A stretch of DNA of 64,000 nucleotides, taken from positions 11,594,001 to 11,658,000 of the forward strand of contig OZ176051.1 of NCBI GenBank assembly GCA_964247055.1, given 5' to 3'. Shown here piece by piece: positions 12,048-24,672 of the stretch. This DNA is from Paragordius varius (lineage: Eukaryota > Animalia > Nematomorpha). Each line of letters starts with the position of its first letter. Position 1 is the stretch's first letter. Both the position numbers and the translations under genes were made by a program. The notes under the pieces are model-generated. The model was not told the DNA's origin. It saw only the letters and a list, made by a program, of their open reading frames with translations, and ran no database searches.

Positions 12048-14235
12048 GTTTTAAATGTATTTAAAATTTTATGATTAAGTATTTATTATGTCCCATATAT
12101 TTATAAATGCGCCTCGTTGTTTTTGGTCATAATTGCGGCGGGAAACAACTGTTGTAGTATCATAAAGTCCATATATATAATTGATCTCAGAATATAATAT
12201 ATACTATTTAACAAGAAGAGTCCATTATAACTCTAAAATTAACATATAATCGTCCACAATCATATGAAAAGTAAAATAGATTTACGACTCTTTTATAAAA
12301 CCTATCATATTTTTTAAGTATTTCACCCTGAGTTATTAATATCTCTATGCAATTTCTTTAAACTTAAAAAAAAGTGTTAAAGAAAAAATTTATCTAATCT
12401 ACCAATTGATTCGAGATCTTCTGCAAAGATCTCTGGATCAAAGACTGTATTGTTTGCATCTGTCGCAAGTAGAACCAATTTATAGGCAAAATGTCTGGAC
12501 GCGCGTTTAAACATGCGAAAAGCTAAATTTAGACCTTTGTCAATTCGGTTTTGGGTTTTTCTCCCTATAAAATTTGAAATAGATAATAAATTTAGTAAAA
12601 AAACCCTAATTTACACGATATTCAATTTGTATTTTTAATAAAGAGAGTCATGCACAATTATTGGTATATTATTTTATTTCATAAGTATTAAGTCAAAACA
12701 TTTTCTTATATATTTTTTATTGTGTTAATTGCTCATAGTAACATTTTTGGCTTTAAATTATTTTTTGTAATTAATATTAGCAATAACTCTTAATTAAAAT
12801 TTAGTCCCAGTATATTATAATCTAATTTATTTATACTTATTAAAATAAAATTTATTTATTAAATTCAAAAGTTTGATGATCGTTCAATAATCTTCCATAT
12901 GATTGCTAAAATTATTTTTAAATTTTAAAATGATATTAAACTTTTTAGATACGAATGTTTAGAAATGTCGCAGATATAAAAAGACGTATAGCTATAGCCA
13001 AATGCACTTTGGCCTCACATGAAACTATGAAAATTACATGACATATATCTATAAACAAATTCGTCTAATAAATCCCCTAGTATTCCCTATCATGTCAGAC
13101 AGCTGTGAAAATTTATCCACTAAAGATGACGAGTAAAGAATAAACGATTTTGAAATGTTCTGCTAGAAGAAAATACTTGGTATAACATGGAAGAACAAAG
13201 TGATCGATATTGCAAACAAAATCAGCACACAAACAACGCTTCATGGTAAAATAACCGAACAAAAATTTGGTTATTTTGGACACATAAATCGAGAATATTC
13301 TTTGGAAAAGATTATAATGTTAGGAAAAGTAAATGTCAAAGGGGGAAGAGGCCGAAGACGTATTCGTTGGATAGACAGAGTTTTATCAAAAGCCGACAGA
13401 GCCGAGTTGAGGAAGTTTTCCTATAAAATCGCTAACGGTCGATAATCGACTACTAACTTTCAACACAACAACATAAAAGCGGATATGTAAAATGACATTA
13501 TAAATTTTTATATATTCAGTTCAATATAAAATCTGACAAACTGTTTCGACATTTATGCCACTATGTGCATGCGCTTTATTCTAGATCTAGATTTTAGATT
13601 TTGAATTATTTTTTTTGGTTTAAAGATATAAATATAAAAGGTCTAACTACACACCTTTACTTGGAATTATGGATGTTACAGCGGATTGAACGTTTGATAG
13701 CGATCGCCCTTGAACTAAACTTAAGACTTGATAACTGTTTGCATCAAATCGAACAACTCCAATGGCAGAACCACTGTGCCCCAATGGCAATCTTGCATTA
13801 ATTTTGGAGGCCGTAATCTAATGCAATAACCGATATTTATTGCGTTTGACCTGTTTTGTAAAAAAATGGGTTGGCCAAAAAGGGTCTATTTAAGCATTTT
13901 ACTTATGAAAAATGTTAAAATACTAATAATACTAAAGTTTAGTCATTTTTAAAGTGTTAACTAAACATTCAGATTTATTATAAACGAAAAATTCGTTCTG
14001 CATCGTTATGTGATAGTTAATGCTTAATTACCTTTTATGTTATTCCCCTTATATGCCATAAAAATTGAAAATATATTAAATAAATTATAAGATAATTAGT
14101 ATTTATATATAATATATACGAAAAGTCCACTAAGAAGGCAACGAAAGTTTGCACTTTTGGGTAAACCACTATCGACAACAAAAATAGCATCTACTTGAGA
14201 GAATTCGTCAAAACGACTCAACATAGTAGTAACGC
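11681..14235 (-). CDS. Single von Willebrand factor A (VWA) domain protein, 5'-partial; exons 14235-14120, 13817-13661, 12564-12403, 11817-11681 (about 189 aa recovered)
   Basis: All three junctions are GT-AG with matching phases. The spliced product follows the VWA fold in order: VDAIFVVDSG...NF; INARLPLGHSGSAIGVVRFD; KGLNLAFRMF...KLVLLATDA; GAEIFVLPI...LASEPKTKH. The ORF track missed it. Confidence 0.8.
12970..13450 (+). mobile_element. 5'-truncated, decayed RTE (BovB-like) LINE fragment in a VWA intron
   Basis: Translates, with stops, to IRLINPLVFPIM..SCE...INDFEMFC*KKILGITW...FGYFGHINREYSLEKIIMLGKV...RGRRRIRWID, matching the RTE/BovB post-RT C-terminus (LVFPVVMYGCESW; YFGHLMRR.DSLEKTLMLG; RGRQRMRWLD). 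Confidence 0.8.
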
Positions 14236-16549
14236 CTGGATATATTAATGTATTATTTAGTAAGAAAGAATTCAGGCATTAATAGCTAATTTTTATAATA
14301 AAATGTAATGGATTGTTTTTATAAGATTAATTATAACTATAGATCCAGAATTTTATATGGCCAAAATTTTTAACATTATTTTGAAAATAGAATTTTCTAT
14401 ACTCTTTATCAGTATAATGGCTGGATTGAGTGATAAAAAATAAATACTTTAGGTTTATCAACATATTTTAACCATGATTCCAAATCAGTGAGCAGTGTTT
14501 AAAATTTTATCCTTATAAAAATGGGTTAAAATTACTAGATCTCTTGTTAAAAGCAAAATGATAAAATACGCAGGTTTCTTCTGGAATATATTTCATTTAT
14601 GAGAAGGATAAACCGTAATAATCCCAAAAATCTCCCCAATTTATAAAACATATTGAATAATCATAATCTGTTAATCGCTGCAAAAAATGATATATGAGTC
14701 AATAAGTAATTCAAGGTAAAAAATCATTGTGAGATAAATAAATCGGTATATTTTTATAATTGTCACTTGACCAAATTAAACCTTAAGTAAAATTCTGTTA
14801 TTTTGTTAAAAGATGGTACATCGTACTCTTTTCCAAAAACATTCCCTTTAAAATTTTTGGAATTTAATTTTTTTTATAGATTAAACAAACCAACCCTGTC
14901 TTGCAGCAATCGAAAAAAAAAATCAAATTTAAAAATATATGGTGTGTCAATTATTCAAGGTAGAAGGTATATTTATTACTATGGTGTTGTGAAGTAAAGA
15001 TTGATAAATTACCATTTTCAAGGTTATCGTTCCACAATTTATCATTATCGTTAAAAGATAAAAATATAGGATTTTTTTTTTAAATTATTTGCCAAGTTGG
15101 TTAGTTGCTATGTCTTTCAGCGATATTGAATAATAATATATTTAATAATACATAAAGGTCATTTGTCAACAGTTAATTTACAAAGAAAAACATATTTATA
15201 ATTTTTCATTTTTATATACACATCGTAAATAATTCACTCATTGTAAATAATTATTAATAATTATGCTAAAAACGGATATTAAGCTTTGGATAAACAGGTA
15301 ATCAGTAAATTGATTGTAAAAATTCAAAACAACAAACAATAATTTATATGGATGGATAGTATTAATAATTGGGTCAAACAGAAGTCTTTTTCTAATCCAT
15401 TAATATTTTCATCGCATTCAATATTTTTAACGCTTAAAAATGCAAACCATGCTCACTGTCTTTCGACACAAATAAGGTTAATATATTATTAATATGGAAA
15501 TCTCATATGAGTCAGTTATCAGAAAATATCTTTACATGTCCAAAATAACACTTAGTTATGAGTACCTGATGGTATCATCAAACTTTTGTTATAAATCATA
15601 AGGAATCTTAGTAATGCCTAGTTAGTTTTTGGCTTTAACGTCCAGTTTTTCAGTATATGTCATGGATGGCCTCCAACTTATCTTAATTTTCTGGTATAAT
15701 TCGGTGGTATAATTGAACTATTATAATAGTCCTTTTGCATATGAATATGGCAACCTTCATATCAGTATCCGAAGATATATAGTATAATAAATTAAAAAGG
15801 CTTTTAGCAACTTAGAGTTTTTCAAAAAACTGACGTTAATACTATAATAGTGCAGAGTTTTTACAATGTGCCGATAAATATTATGTTTATTTTAGACAGT
15901 GTATGTATATATATTAAGTTAAATTTTATGTTTCACATTATATGTGATATGCAGGCGATTGAATTTTTATATTTGTTTTTGATTTTGGAGTTATACAAAG
16001 ATTTTAACGAATAAAATTTCTTAAAAAAGCCTCTTCCGACTAGTTAAGTCTAAAACCAAGGCGAACGGAGGAAACTACTTCAGCCTTCTTTTGAGATAAT
16101 TTTAGCCTTGGGTAAATGTGACAAGGTAACTTCCTCTAAATATAAGGTGGTTATAAGGGCATATTTTTACTGCCACAATTAAAACGGTGCATAAAATGTT
16201 TACATTACTTTCTATCCAATAAAAATTATATAAGTTTGTCCGTAAATACACAAATATAAAAAAAAAATTATTTGAGTTTAAAATTTTTCAATAATTGTTT
16301 TGATAGATTTTTTAATATATCACTCCTCTAAATATCAACTATGTATTCTTTTCTCATACCCTTTCCTTCTTCTTTCGATTACAAAATTTATAATTATCTA
16401 GGATATTAAATTGATGAATATAAATATAAAACATGATCAATACTCAAATAAATTACTAGATGACCTGATACATTTGTCCGATAATCAATTAATTATCAAT
16501 GATATATAATATTTATATATTATTTATATAATTAATATATTCATATAAA

Positions 16550-17743
16550 TTATTTATTTTCATCGTCCTCAGAACTACTAGTAGAATCGTTTGAAGCATC
16601 TGAAGCATACGACACAAGAGAATTAACATTGGAATTAGTAATAGAAATGTCATTCTTTGGATTTACACTGTCATTTTTGTTATCATTTGCCGGTTTTTGC
16701 GTCAATACTGATGTAGCTTTTTTAATCGTAACAAATTTGGATAAATTGGTGCGACTAGGCAAGGTTATACTTTGTGATAAAATGGTTGACTTTGATGTTA
16801 ATGATTTATTTTGGGAGTTATCATTATTATTTTTATTGTTATTTGGAGATTTTGATGTCTGAAATGACTTATCATTCAATGGGTTAGGGTTTGAGTGAGT
16901 CTTAAAATGTAGATAAAAATAAAAATAATCAACATATTTTATAAAATAAGAGCGAAAGTTTTTAACAGTGCTCATAAAACCTTAGTAAAATTAATATTAT
17001 TTAAACCGAATAAATCTATCGGATGGGCAACTAACTAGAAAAAATGATAAAAATTACATTTGTATTTTACGGTCTTTTGTTTGAAATCCAATTTAATATT
17101 TATAACATATATATATTTCGATTGCGCGCCGATTTTTTTATATTGAACACGCCATGATAAGAGTATTATATGTATACAACAAATAATTTATGAAAAATAC
17201 TTCAAGTATCTTAATTTAATACATTCCTAAATTTTTTATCAACTTTACGAAAATTTTTAAAGTTAAAAGGGAAAATACATTTTTTGCCTATATTATCCAA
17301 TAAAACAGATTCACAAATAAACTCATGATATATGGAGATAGTATAAAAATATTATATAATTTTATTTTCGTAAAATAGGCATGAAACTGTTTCCCAAGAG
17401 AGGGAGAGAGACGACTGTTTAATAAAAGTAAAAAAATATTTATATGGATAAGAATGGAATAAAAATTCACAAACATATTTTAATGATCCAAAAATGATAT
17501 GGCTGAAATGATTTATGTATGTGGTAGATAAAATAATAAACTTTTAAATATTGCACCAATCCAAAAAATATTCCACCACTAATCCTTTGATAAAGGTTAA
17601 AAACGGCGCTAAGGGAATAATTTAAAAAAGAATGTAAAAAAGGTTTCAGTGATAGCAAAACTTATTTTTAAAACCTATTTAAATTATAAAAATTTTAATT
17701 TTTTCTTATTTTTTTTTCAAAAATAAAACCGCAATACACACAA

Positions 17744-17774
<31 letters not shown>

Positions 17775-19816
17775 GTCAAGTATAAATATCGTATATATTT
17801 GGGTTAATGAATCGTAATGATTTGTATACATTAAGAATGGGCAGGGGGGAGGGGTAGTTAAGACATGAGTTTTTTTAGAGTTTACTTCTTATAAAAGATA
17901 ATATTTTTAAGCCTTTATATATACTGTTTTAATATAAAGGATATCAATGTGCCTTATTAATAAAAAAAATTTAAACGGCAACTTTTGAGCGGACTATTTT
18001 TGCTTAAAATATTAAAAATAAGGATGAAAAAATCCAAGCCAAAAGCCTTAAAATATATATAGAAAAGGTAAAAGGTATCGCTTACTTTTTCAGTTATGCT
18101 TGTAAAATCGCCAATTTTGCTAATGATTTCGTCGGTTTCTTCGTCTTCATCATCGGGTAATCGTTTAACTCGTTTACTAATCTTTTCAGCCATAATTTTT
18201 CTACATTAATGTATACACACAGTAAGGAGCATATATTATTCGTTATAAAAATGTTTAAACAATGTTAACATAACAATAAGAAAATGTAAAAACTATAAGC
18301 GTGAAAACCAAAAAAATTTCTTGCTGATATGCTAAAACTTATTTGTCGCTATGGATGGATACCTTCCATTCTTTTAAACAATATAATAATTCTATATAAA
18401 ATGTGATAAAACTTGTTATTATACAATAAAAAAATAATCACAATTTTATCTACAAAAACTAAAAATGGTAAACAATTCATCGTTTTGCCAAATATGAAAA
18501 TAAACTGCAAAGTAATAATTTGTACCAAACAATATACTATTAAAAACAACAAAGTATTAACTGTATTACGCCTTCATTGTTTTTTATTGGGGCAAAAAAA
18601 TATAAAAACGTTTAAATAAAACTATAATCACTGCAAATGACTAATATTTAGCATATATATATATATATATATACTGAACAGCTAAATCCTCATCAAGTTT
18701 TTCAAGGGTTTGCCTATCAAGCTTTGCCTTGGTCCCGGCCTGTGCATGTTTTGTCAACAAGGCATCAAAATCAATATTGACATAACGAGCATTCAATTCC
18801 TTAATTTCCTCCAGATTTTCTAAAATTTCCATTTCTCGTTGAGAGTCTTTGGTACGATTTTCCAAAATCTAGAAAAGAAAACCTTAGAATTAAAATAATT
18901 CTCATTAAAAATAACGCAGGTCATGTGTATGGTAGACCCGTGAATGCATTCATTGATTGAGGGCGATTTAAAAAAACGGAATAAAATCCATTGTCTTTGT
19001 TTCTATTTTGGGATGAAAATACCCACGGATAATAGTTATGTAGACCTAACTTTTAACGGTGAGCTTTTCAAACTATCCTTTAAAAAATCGGTCAAAATCA
19101 AATAAACGAGTTTATAGCCGTATTCGAATTATTTTCATGTGTGCAAGAATTGGTGTAAAAAAATTATGCGGGGAAAAGAAAAGACAAAAAACCTTCATTG
19201 GATTTTGAATTAATTCATCCTCTAATTCCTGGGCCTTTTCTTCCAACATTTTTTTAGCCGTGATATCCGCTTCGAAATTACGAATGGCCCCATGTTCAAT
19301 GGTATAATCCGTATTCTCGGGATCTGTTTTGTAAGTTATTTCAGCCAAACAACGTGGACATTTTATGTAAAAACGATAAATTTCAAGGCCCAAATAAAAT
19401 TCGTTACGAACGGTTTCCTTGCGAGAATTGAACTTTTTACCCTTGTATATAAATTCTCCGCACATCTTGCACCTAAGGGTCAAAGATAAAGAAATAAATT
19501 ATAAAATATAACTTTTGTGATGGTAGAGATTTAGAAAAAAATCTTAATGCAAATTGTTAAATAAATAATTGGCAATATCAAATCATTACTTTCTTTCAAA
19601 TGATAAATTAAATTGAAGTAAAAAGTGTATAAAACAAGTTATCTTATATTTTACCGCATATTGAAAGGGGCCATAGTACGGATATGGAATTGTCGGTATT
19701 TATTAAGCTTTTCTCTCGGCACAACATCTGGATCAAAATCTGGTGGATAATATTTCTAAAAGCATTTATTAGAGAAAAAAGACACAACTTACATTTAGGA
19801 CTTTGCGTTCTGACAT
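16550..19816 (-). CDS. YJU2: Splicing factor YJU2 (CCDC94/CWC16); exons 19816-19793, 19755-19655, 19472-19193, 18868-18675, 18200-18086, 16900-16550; about 354 aa
   Basis: Spliced N-terminus [17 protein letters not shown]...[26 protein letters not shown]...[32 protein letters not shown], then [28 protein letters not shown], which is the family signature. All junctions are GT-AG and in phase. The last two exons are less well anchored by homology. Confidence 0.95.
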
Positions 19817-19871
19817 TCCTGTACTTCTGTATTAAATTTTCATACAATAAATCAGATGCTGAAATGTTAAC
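19817..19871. promoter_or_regulatory. 55-nt spacer between the divergent YJU2 and MOB4 start codons (putative bidirectional promoter or overlapping 5' ends)
   Basis: YJU2 ATG at 19816-19814 (-); MOB4 ATG at 19872-19874 (+). Confidence 0.6.
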
Positions 19872-22800
19872 ATGACATCGCCTAGACGAAACGATCCAGG
19901 GGCTATAACAAATGTTTTATTTTTATATTATCCTAAATTTAGGAATTTTATAAATGGCCAGATCAAGTCTTTGAAGAGATGGACACGTCGCTTTCTTGTC
20001 AACAAGTTTGCAAAATGCATATGATTAATAGATTATACAACAAAATATACGAAAAAATATTCATGATATAACGGCTATTATAGAGATTCCGAAAGGATTG
20101 GATCCAATTAAAGATTTAGGGATTTGGAAATACGAGCATATTAGACAGTTTTGTTTAGAACTCAATGGTTTATATGTCAAGCTTTTGGTTTATCACATGT
20201 TTTATAATTTTTTAGAAAGTTTGTCATCCGCAACATTGTTCACAAATGTCTGCATTTTCTTCCTACATTTATTTGTGTGCGGCCCACAAAAATCCCAAAG
20301 AAGTTTTAAAAATATTTTTTATAAACTTTGTTTCGTTTTGATATTTTAAAAAATCATTGTTTCATGCGCAAAAACTTATAATTTATGAGGAAATTTTTAT
20401 ATTATAAAGTTTTATTTAATACGCCACTATAATTTATTTACTTTATAATGTGATAAAAGAGTTAGTATTAAGTAAATGGTTGATACTACAATTTTTAAAT
20501 TTAGACCATAAGCCATTGTATATTATTCTTATGAAATGTTAAAAATGTAATATTTTCTTTTTAGGTTCAAATCGAGTTTATAATTTAGCTGAAAAATTTT
20601 CTCAGAGTAATTTATGTCTTTTTAATTAACAAAAACTGTTTCGTACTTAACACTGATTAGACGCCTTTTTAATATTCAATCAAAGTTAAGCCTATTTTCC
20701 CAACTTACTGGTTGTTTGTGGGTGTTCCTAACCTTCAAAATGAGCCTAAAATGATGGAAAAATTTACTCATCTATATTAATTTATTTATTAAATATCTGT
20801 AGAAATATTAATTTTTAAAGTTTTTTTAGAACAAGGATCGGGATGCGGATAGTATATTTTAGGGGGACATGCGCTTTTTTCTGGCCTTATTTTATATAAT
20901 ATATATATGATATATATATAATATATAATTGTAGTGTCCTGCAATTTTGTATACCAGGCATACGTTAGATGGCGCATCTGCATTACTTAATAACATCAAA
21001 TTTTTTCCAAGCAGGTTCGTTTGATTTTAAAATGAATAAAATTTTATATTTAATAAGGATGATTTTTGAACGGTCAATATAAAAACCGTTAGTCATCAAA
21101 ACCACAAATGTAATATTGTAACTAAACGAAACAAAATGATGTAAAGCGTATTGGTTATTGTATTTGTATAACTATATTACTAACATTTTTAAATCTATAA
21201 TCAATATATCAAAATGGATTCCTTTAATATTTGTTTTTACTTGAAAACATTGTTGCTTTAGTTATTTTACCTTTTACAAAAAATTGTTAAAAAAACATTT
21301 AACATCGTTTCGAAACATAATTTTTTATATTTCTTTTGCGGTTTGAATCTGTTATATAATTTAGAGCATGTGGAAAGAAATATATTTAAAACACATATCT
21401 TATTACTATTTTAAATTTTTTTGTCAATAATTTAATTTCATTAAAGGCAAATTATAAATTTTACTTTTTATCCTACAGTTTTAAAACTTATTACCCTGTT
21501 TTTTAACTATATAAATTTCTATATTTCAATTATCTTTTGCTGTATACCATTTGCTATGCATTTGTTATAGGGTGAATATCAAAGAAGCTTCTCTAGCCAA
21601 ACTTGAATCTATTTATCGAAGGGTGTATCGCATATTTGGACATGCTTATTATCACCACCGTACAGTCTACAATGAATTTGAGGTATTAATATAAATTTTT
21701 TGTACATAATAATCTTTTTATTAATATAAACACCTCCAAGCTTATTAGAATATGTTGATTACATGCTATTTTTTCGTTTTTTTAATAAGGCTTTAATTTT
21801 TAAGTTCTAATCTTTACAGTTAAGCACCCTTTCTCAAAATGAGGAAAAGCCTAGTGCTAATGAAAAAATTAATACAATCATTTTTATTAACTTGTTATCT
21901 AACGATAGAATAGTATCATAATAAATTTTAACAAAATTATACATTTTTAAAAAATTTTAATACGATTGACCTTGGTTTAAATTCCTCTAGATATTTTAAA
22001 TATCATAATATTCCATTCCCATATGTTATATTGATATATCTTAAAGCCTTATTATATTATATATATATATATATATATTATGTATCATTTACAATTTAAA
22101 TTCACTTTTGAACAATTTATCACCCTAGAATAAATTATGTGAAATATATTATGGTATAGTTTATTGTTTTTTCAGTAATATGGTAATTTTAAATTTTTTT
22201 TTTAAATATAGATAATTTTAAACTTCAAAAAACGCATAATTTATTTTAAGGTGAATTTGAATCGTTCAAGGGTGAATTTGAATTGTTAAAGGGTAATTTT
22301 AAATGTTCAAGGATGAATATGAATTGTTCAAGGGTGAATATGAGTTGATCAGGGGTGAATTTGAACTGTAAATGGTGTATCATAATAAATTTAAACAAAC
22401 GATTACATATTAAAAGGATCATTATGCACATGACCTTAGTTCAAATTTGACCTCTATATAGGTAAAACATCTTAATTTTCCATTCCACACGTTATATTAT
22501 ATATATTGATTGTACAGATTATATTAAATTGCACATACTAGAGTTATTCATTTTGTTTTAATTTTTCTTTGCATTCGATATTTTTTAGGCACGAACGTCG
22601 CTATGTGCCCGATTTACGACATTTGTTCTCATGCATAAACTTGTGCCTCAAGATGCACTCAATGTCCCTATTAAGGGTATCTTTGAAGTCTTTCATGATG
22701 AACAAATGCATTTAAGTACAACAACATCAACAACGAAAAACAACACCCCAAAACTTGACAATGTCACCGCTTCTAATACAAACAACTCTAAATCCAAATT

Positions 22801-24672
22801 ATGTGTAAATTCTAACGCAACAACAAAAGAGTATGATGCTCACGCACAAGACTTAGCTTTGTCCAATAGTTATGATATTGTTAATAATAATGATGATGAG
22901 AAAAAATGTGCTTTAGTTACCGACACGATACGCATTTTAGATATGAATACGGCACCCCAAACATTAAACAATAGCAAATTGAATTCATTGAATGCCAAAA
23001 AATCCCCATCATCATCCATTATTAATCCCCTGTTTTTTAAGTCAACAACCGTTAGAAATGGATTTGAGAACGAAGGGGAAACTGTGTTGTTAAATGATAG
23101 CAATTATAATGATGTAAACTTGGGTGAAGATACAAATGCTAATACCAAAAGCAATATCAAAAATGTTATTACCATTGATAAAGTTTGTAATGGTCCCAAC
23201 TCTAATCAATCTCCCCTTAATGCAAAAAGTATGTTAGATTTAGATCATTTTCGCATTGAATCTATAAAAACGAATTAATTTATTTATTTAACTTTTAAGA
23301 TAAAAAGCCAAAATAAATAATTAGACATATATTAAAATTATGCCGTTAGGAAGAAATTACGCTTTGAACCTTTCACCGACATCTATACCAGATATTCAAA
23401 ATTTGGGAACCAAAAATTACGAAATCACAAATGATGATTTTGATGATAAAACTGAGGGAAATAATCGTGAGTAAATTAAATATACTTATTTTGAATATAA
23501 ACCCTTTTAGAATCCGTTTAAATGATCATTTCTGAAAATAATCACAATAATTTTATTTAGATATAAAAAATCTTTTAAGTTTTTGTACCTTTATTTGTTT
23601 CTGTACGTTTTTAAACGATTTGAGTAAAGTCAAAACTCATTTTAAACATATACATTATGTTAAAGATTCCATTATCTAGTTGCTTAATTATAGCATTATT
23701 AATCAAACTTGCAATCTATATTAAAACTGTACTTATGTCACTTTGACATTTTATTTCTAAAGATATGATTTTTTTTATTTCATATAATATTCACATCATT
23801 TAGGAAATGCAGAAAACTTCAAGGGACCAGATTTAATATATTCACGCGCTCAAACAAAGGAGTCACCCAAAACACACCAACTTAAACCCTTAAGCCTTAT
23901 TCACGAGGGAAATGACATTTTGCCAATTAATGATGCTTTAAATGGTAATAACAATCACGATATACCGTCTAATTTGATGGATCCTAATTCTACGCTTATT
24001 GTTGATAATTTGGATTATACGCCATCATTAGCAAACGATGCCCTTGTCGTAAAAAATATTCCTAATCATGTGGTATTCAATCATGAAAATGATATAGAAG
24101 TACTTTCACCTAAAGCTACTAACCAGAATACAACAATACCTGGGACAAATAATTCACATGGTAACATTAATAAAAATATTAAAATACACACTTCAACAAC
24201 ATCTCCAATTAAACGGGGTAGTCATCAATATCATAATCATAATATCCCGCATAACACAACACCCAAAACGAACGGAAATAAAGCTAGTACCCCTTATAAA
24301 AAAACGCAAAGTTCCCCAGATAAAATTACACCTCATGGACCGTCTCCAAAAAAGTCAACACAACATCAAGCTGGGATTGGTACGAAAATGAATAACACAT
24401 CTCCTACTTCCATAAACATGGCGGTTAACACAGGCTCACCACAAAAATTAGCGGTCAAAAGTAATCCAATCAGTACGAGCAATAATATAAATAATTCCAA
24501 CATCATAAAAATACTTAATATACCATCAACAACACCACCACCATCTTTATCGCCTATTACGGGTAATAAGACTTTAGGACTTACGTTAAACAATGTTTCT
24601 TCTACCTCTCCCGTTTCACACATAACCCATCCTGATGATTCTATAAAAGCTGCTCCTGTGATCAAAAATTAA
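19872..24672 (+). CDS. MOB4: MOB4/phocein (STRIPAK subunit) with a long C-terminal extension; exons 19872-19913, 19943-20005, 20032-20187, 20216-20302, 20935-21014, 21571-21682, 22589-23228, 23350-23466, 23804-24672; about 721 aa (409 aa, stop at 23278, if the last two introns are not spliced)
   Basis: The spliced core [34 protein letters not shown]...[27 protein letters not shown]...[61 protein letters not shown]...[13 protein letters not shown] aligns without gaps to MOB4 as I recall it. Exons 8-9 rest on splice signals and frame only. Confidence 0.92.
22081..22380. repeat. Second foldback-like element with a 21-nt unit (GGTGAATTTGAATTGTTCAAG), about 6 units at 22249-22379 and a short inverted arm at 22081-22130; in MOB4 intron 6
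   Basis: The 21-nt period is visible. The left end tcatttacaatttaaattcac is the reverse complement of the right end gtgaatttgaactgtaaatgg. A related remnant lies at about 55641-55712. Confidence 0.75.

Noticed and set aside
19955-20030. ATG GCC AGA TCA AGT CTT TGA read as stop read-through, selenocysteine or an alternative genetic code
   Set aside because: MOB4 homology is fully explained by another frame plus short GT-AG introns. All reconstructed genes use the standard code.
22246-22431. 61-aa minus-strand ORF
   Set aside because: It is a translation of the second 21-nt repeat array inside a MOB4 intron.
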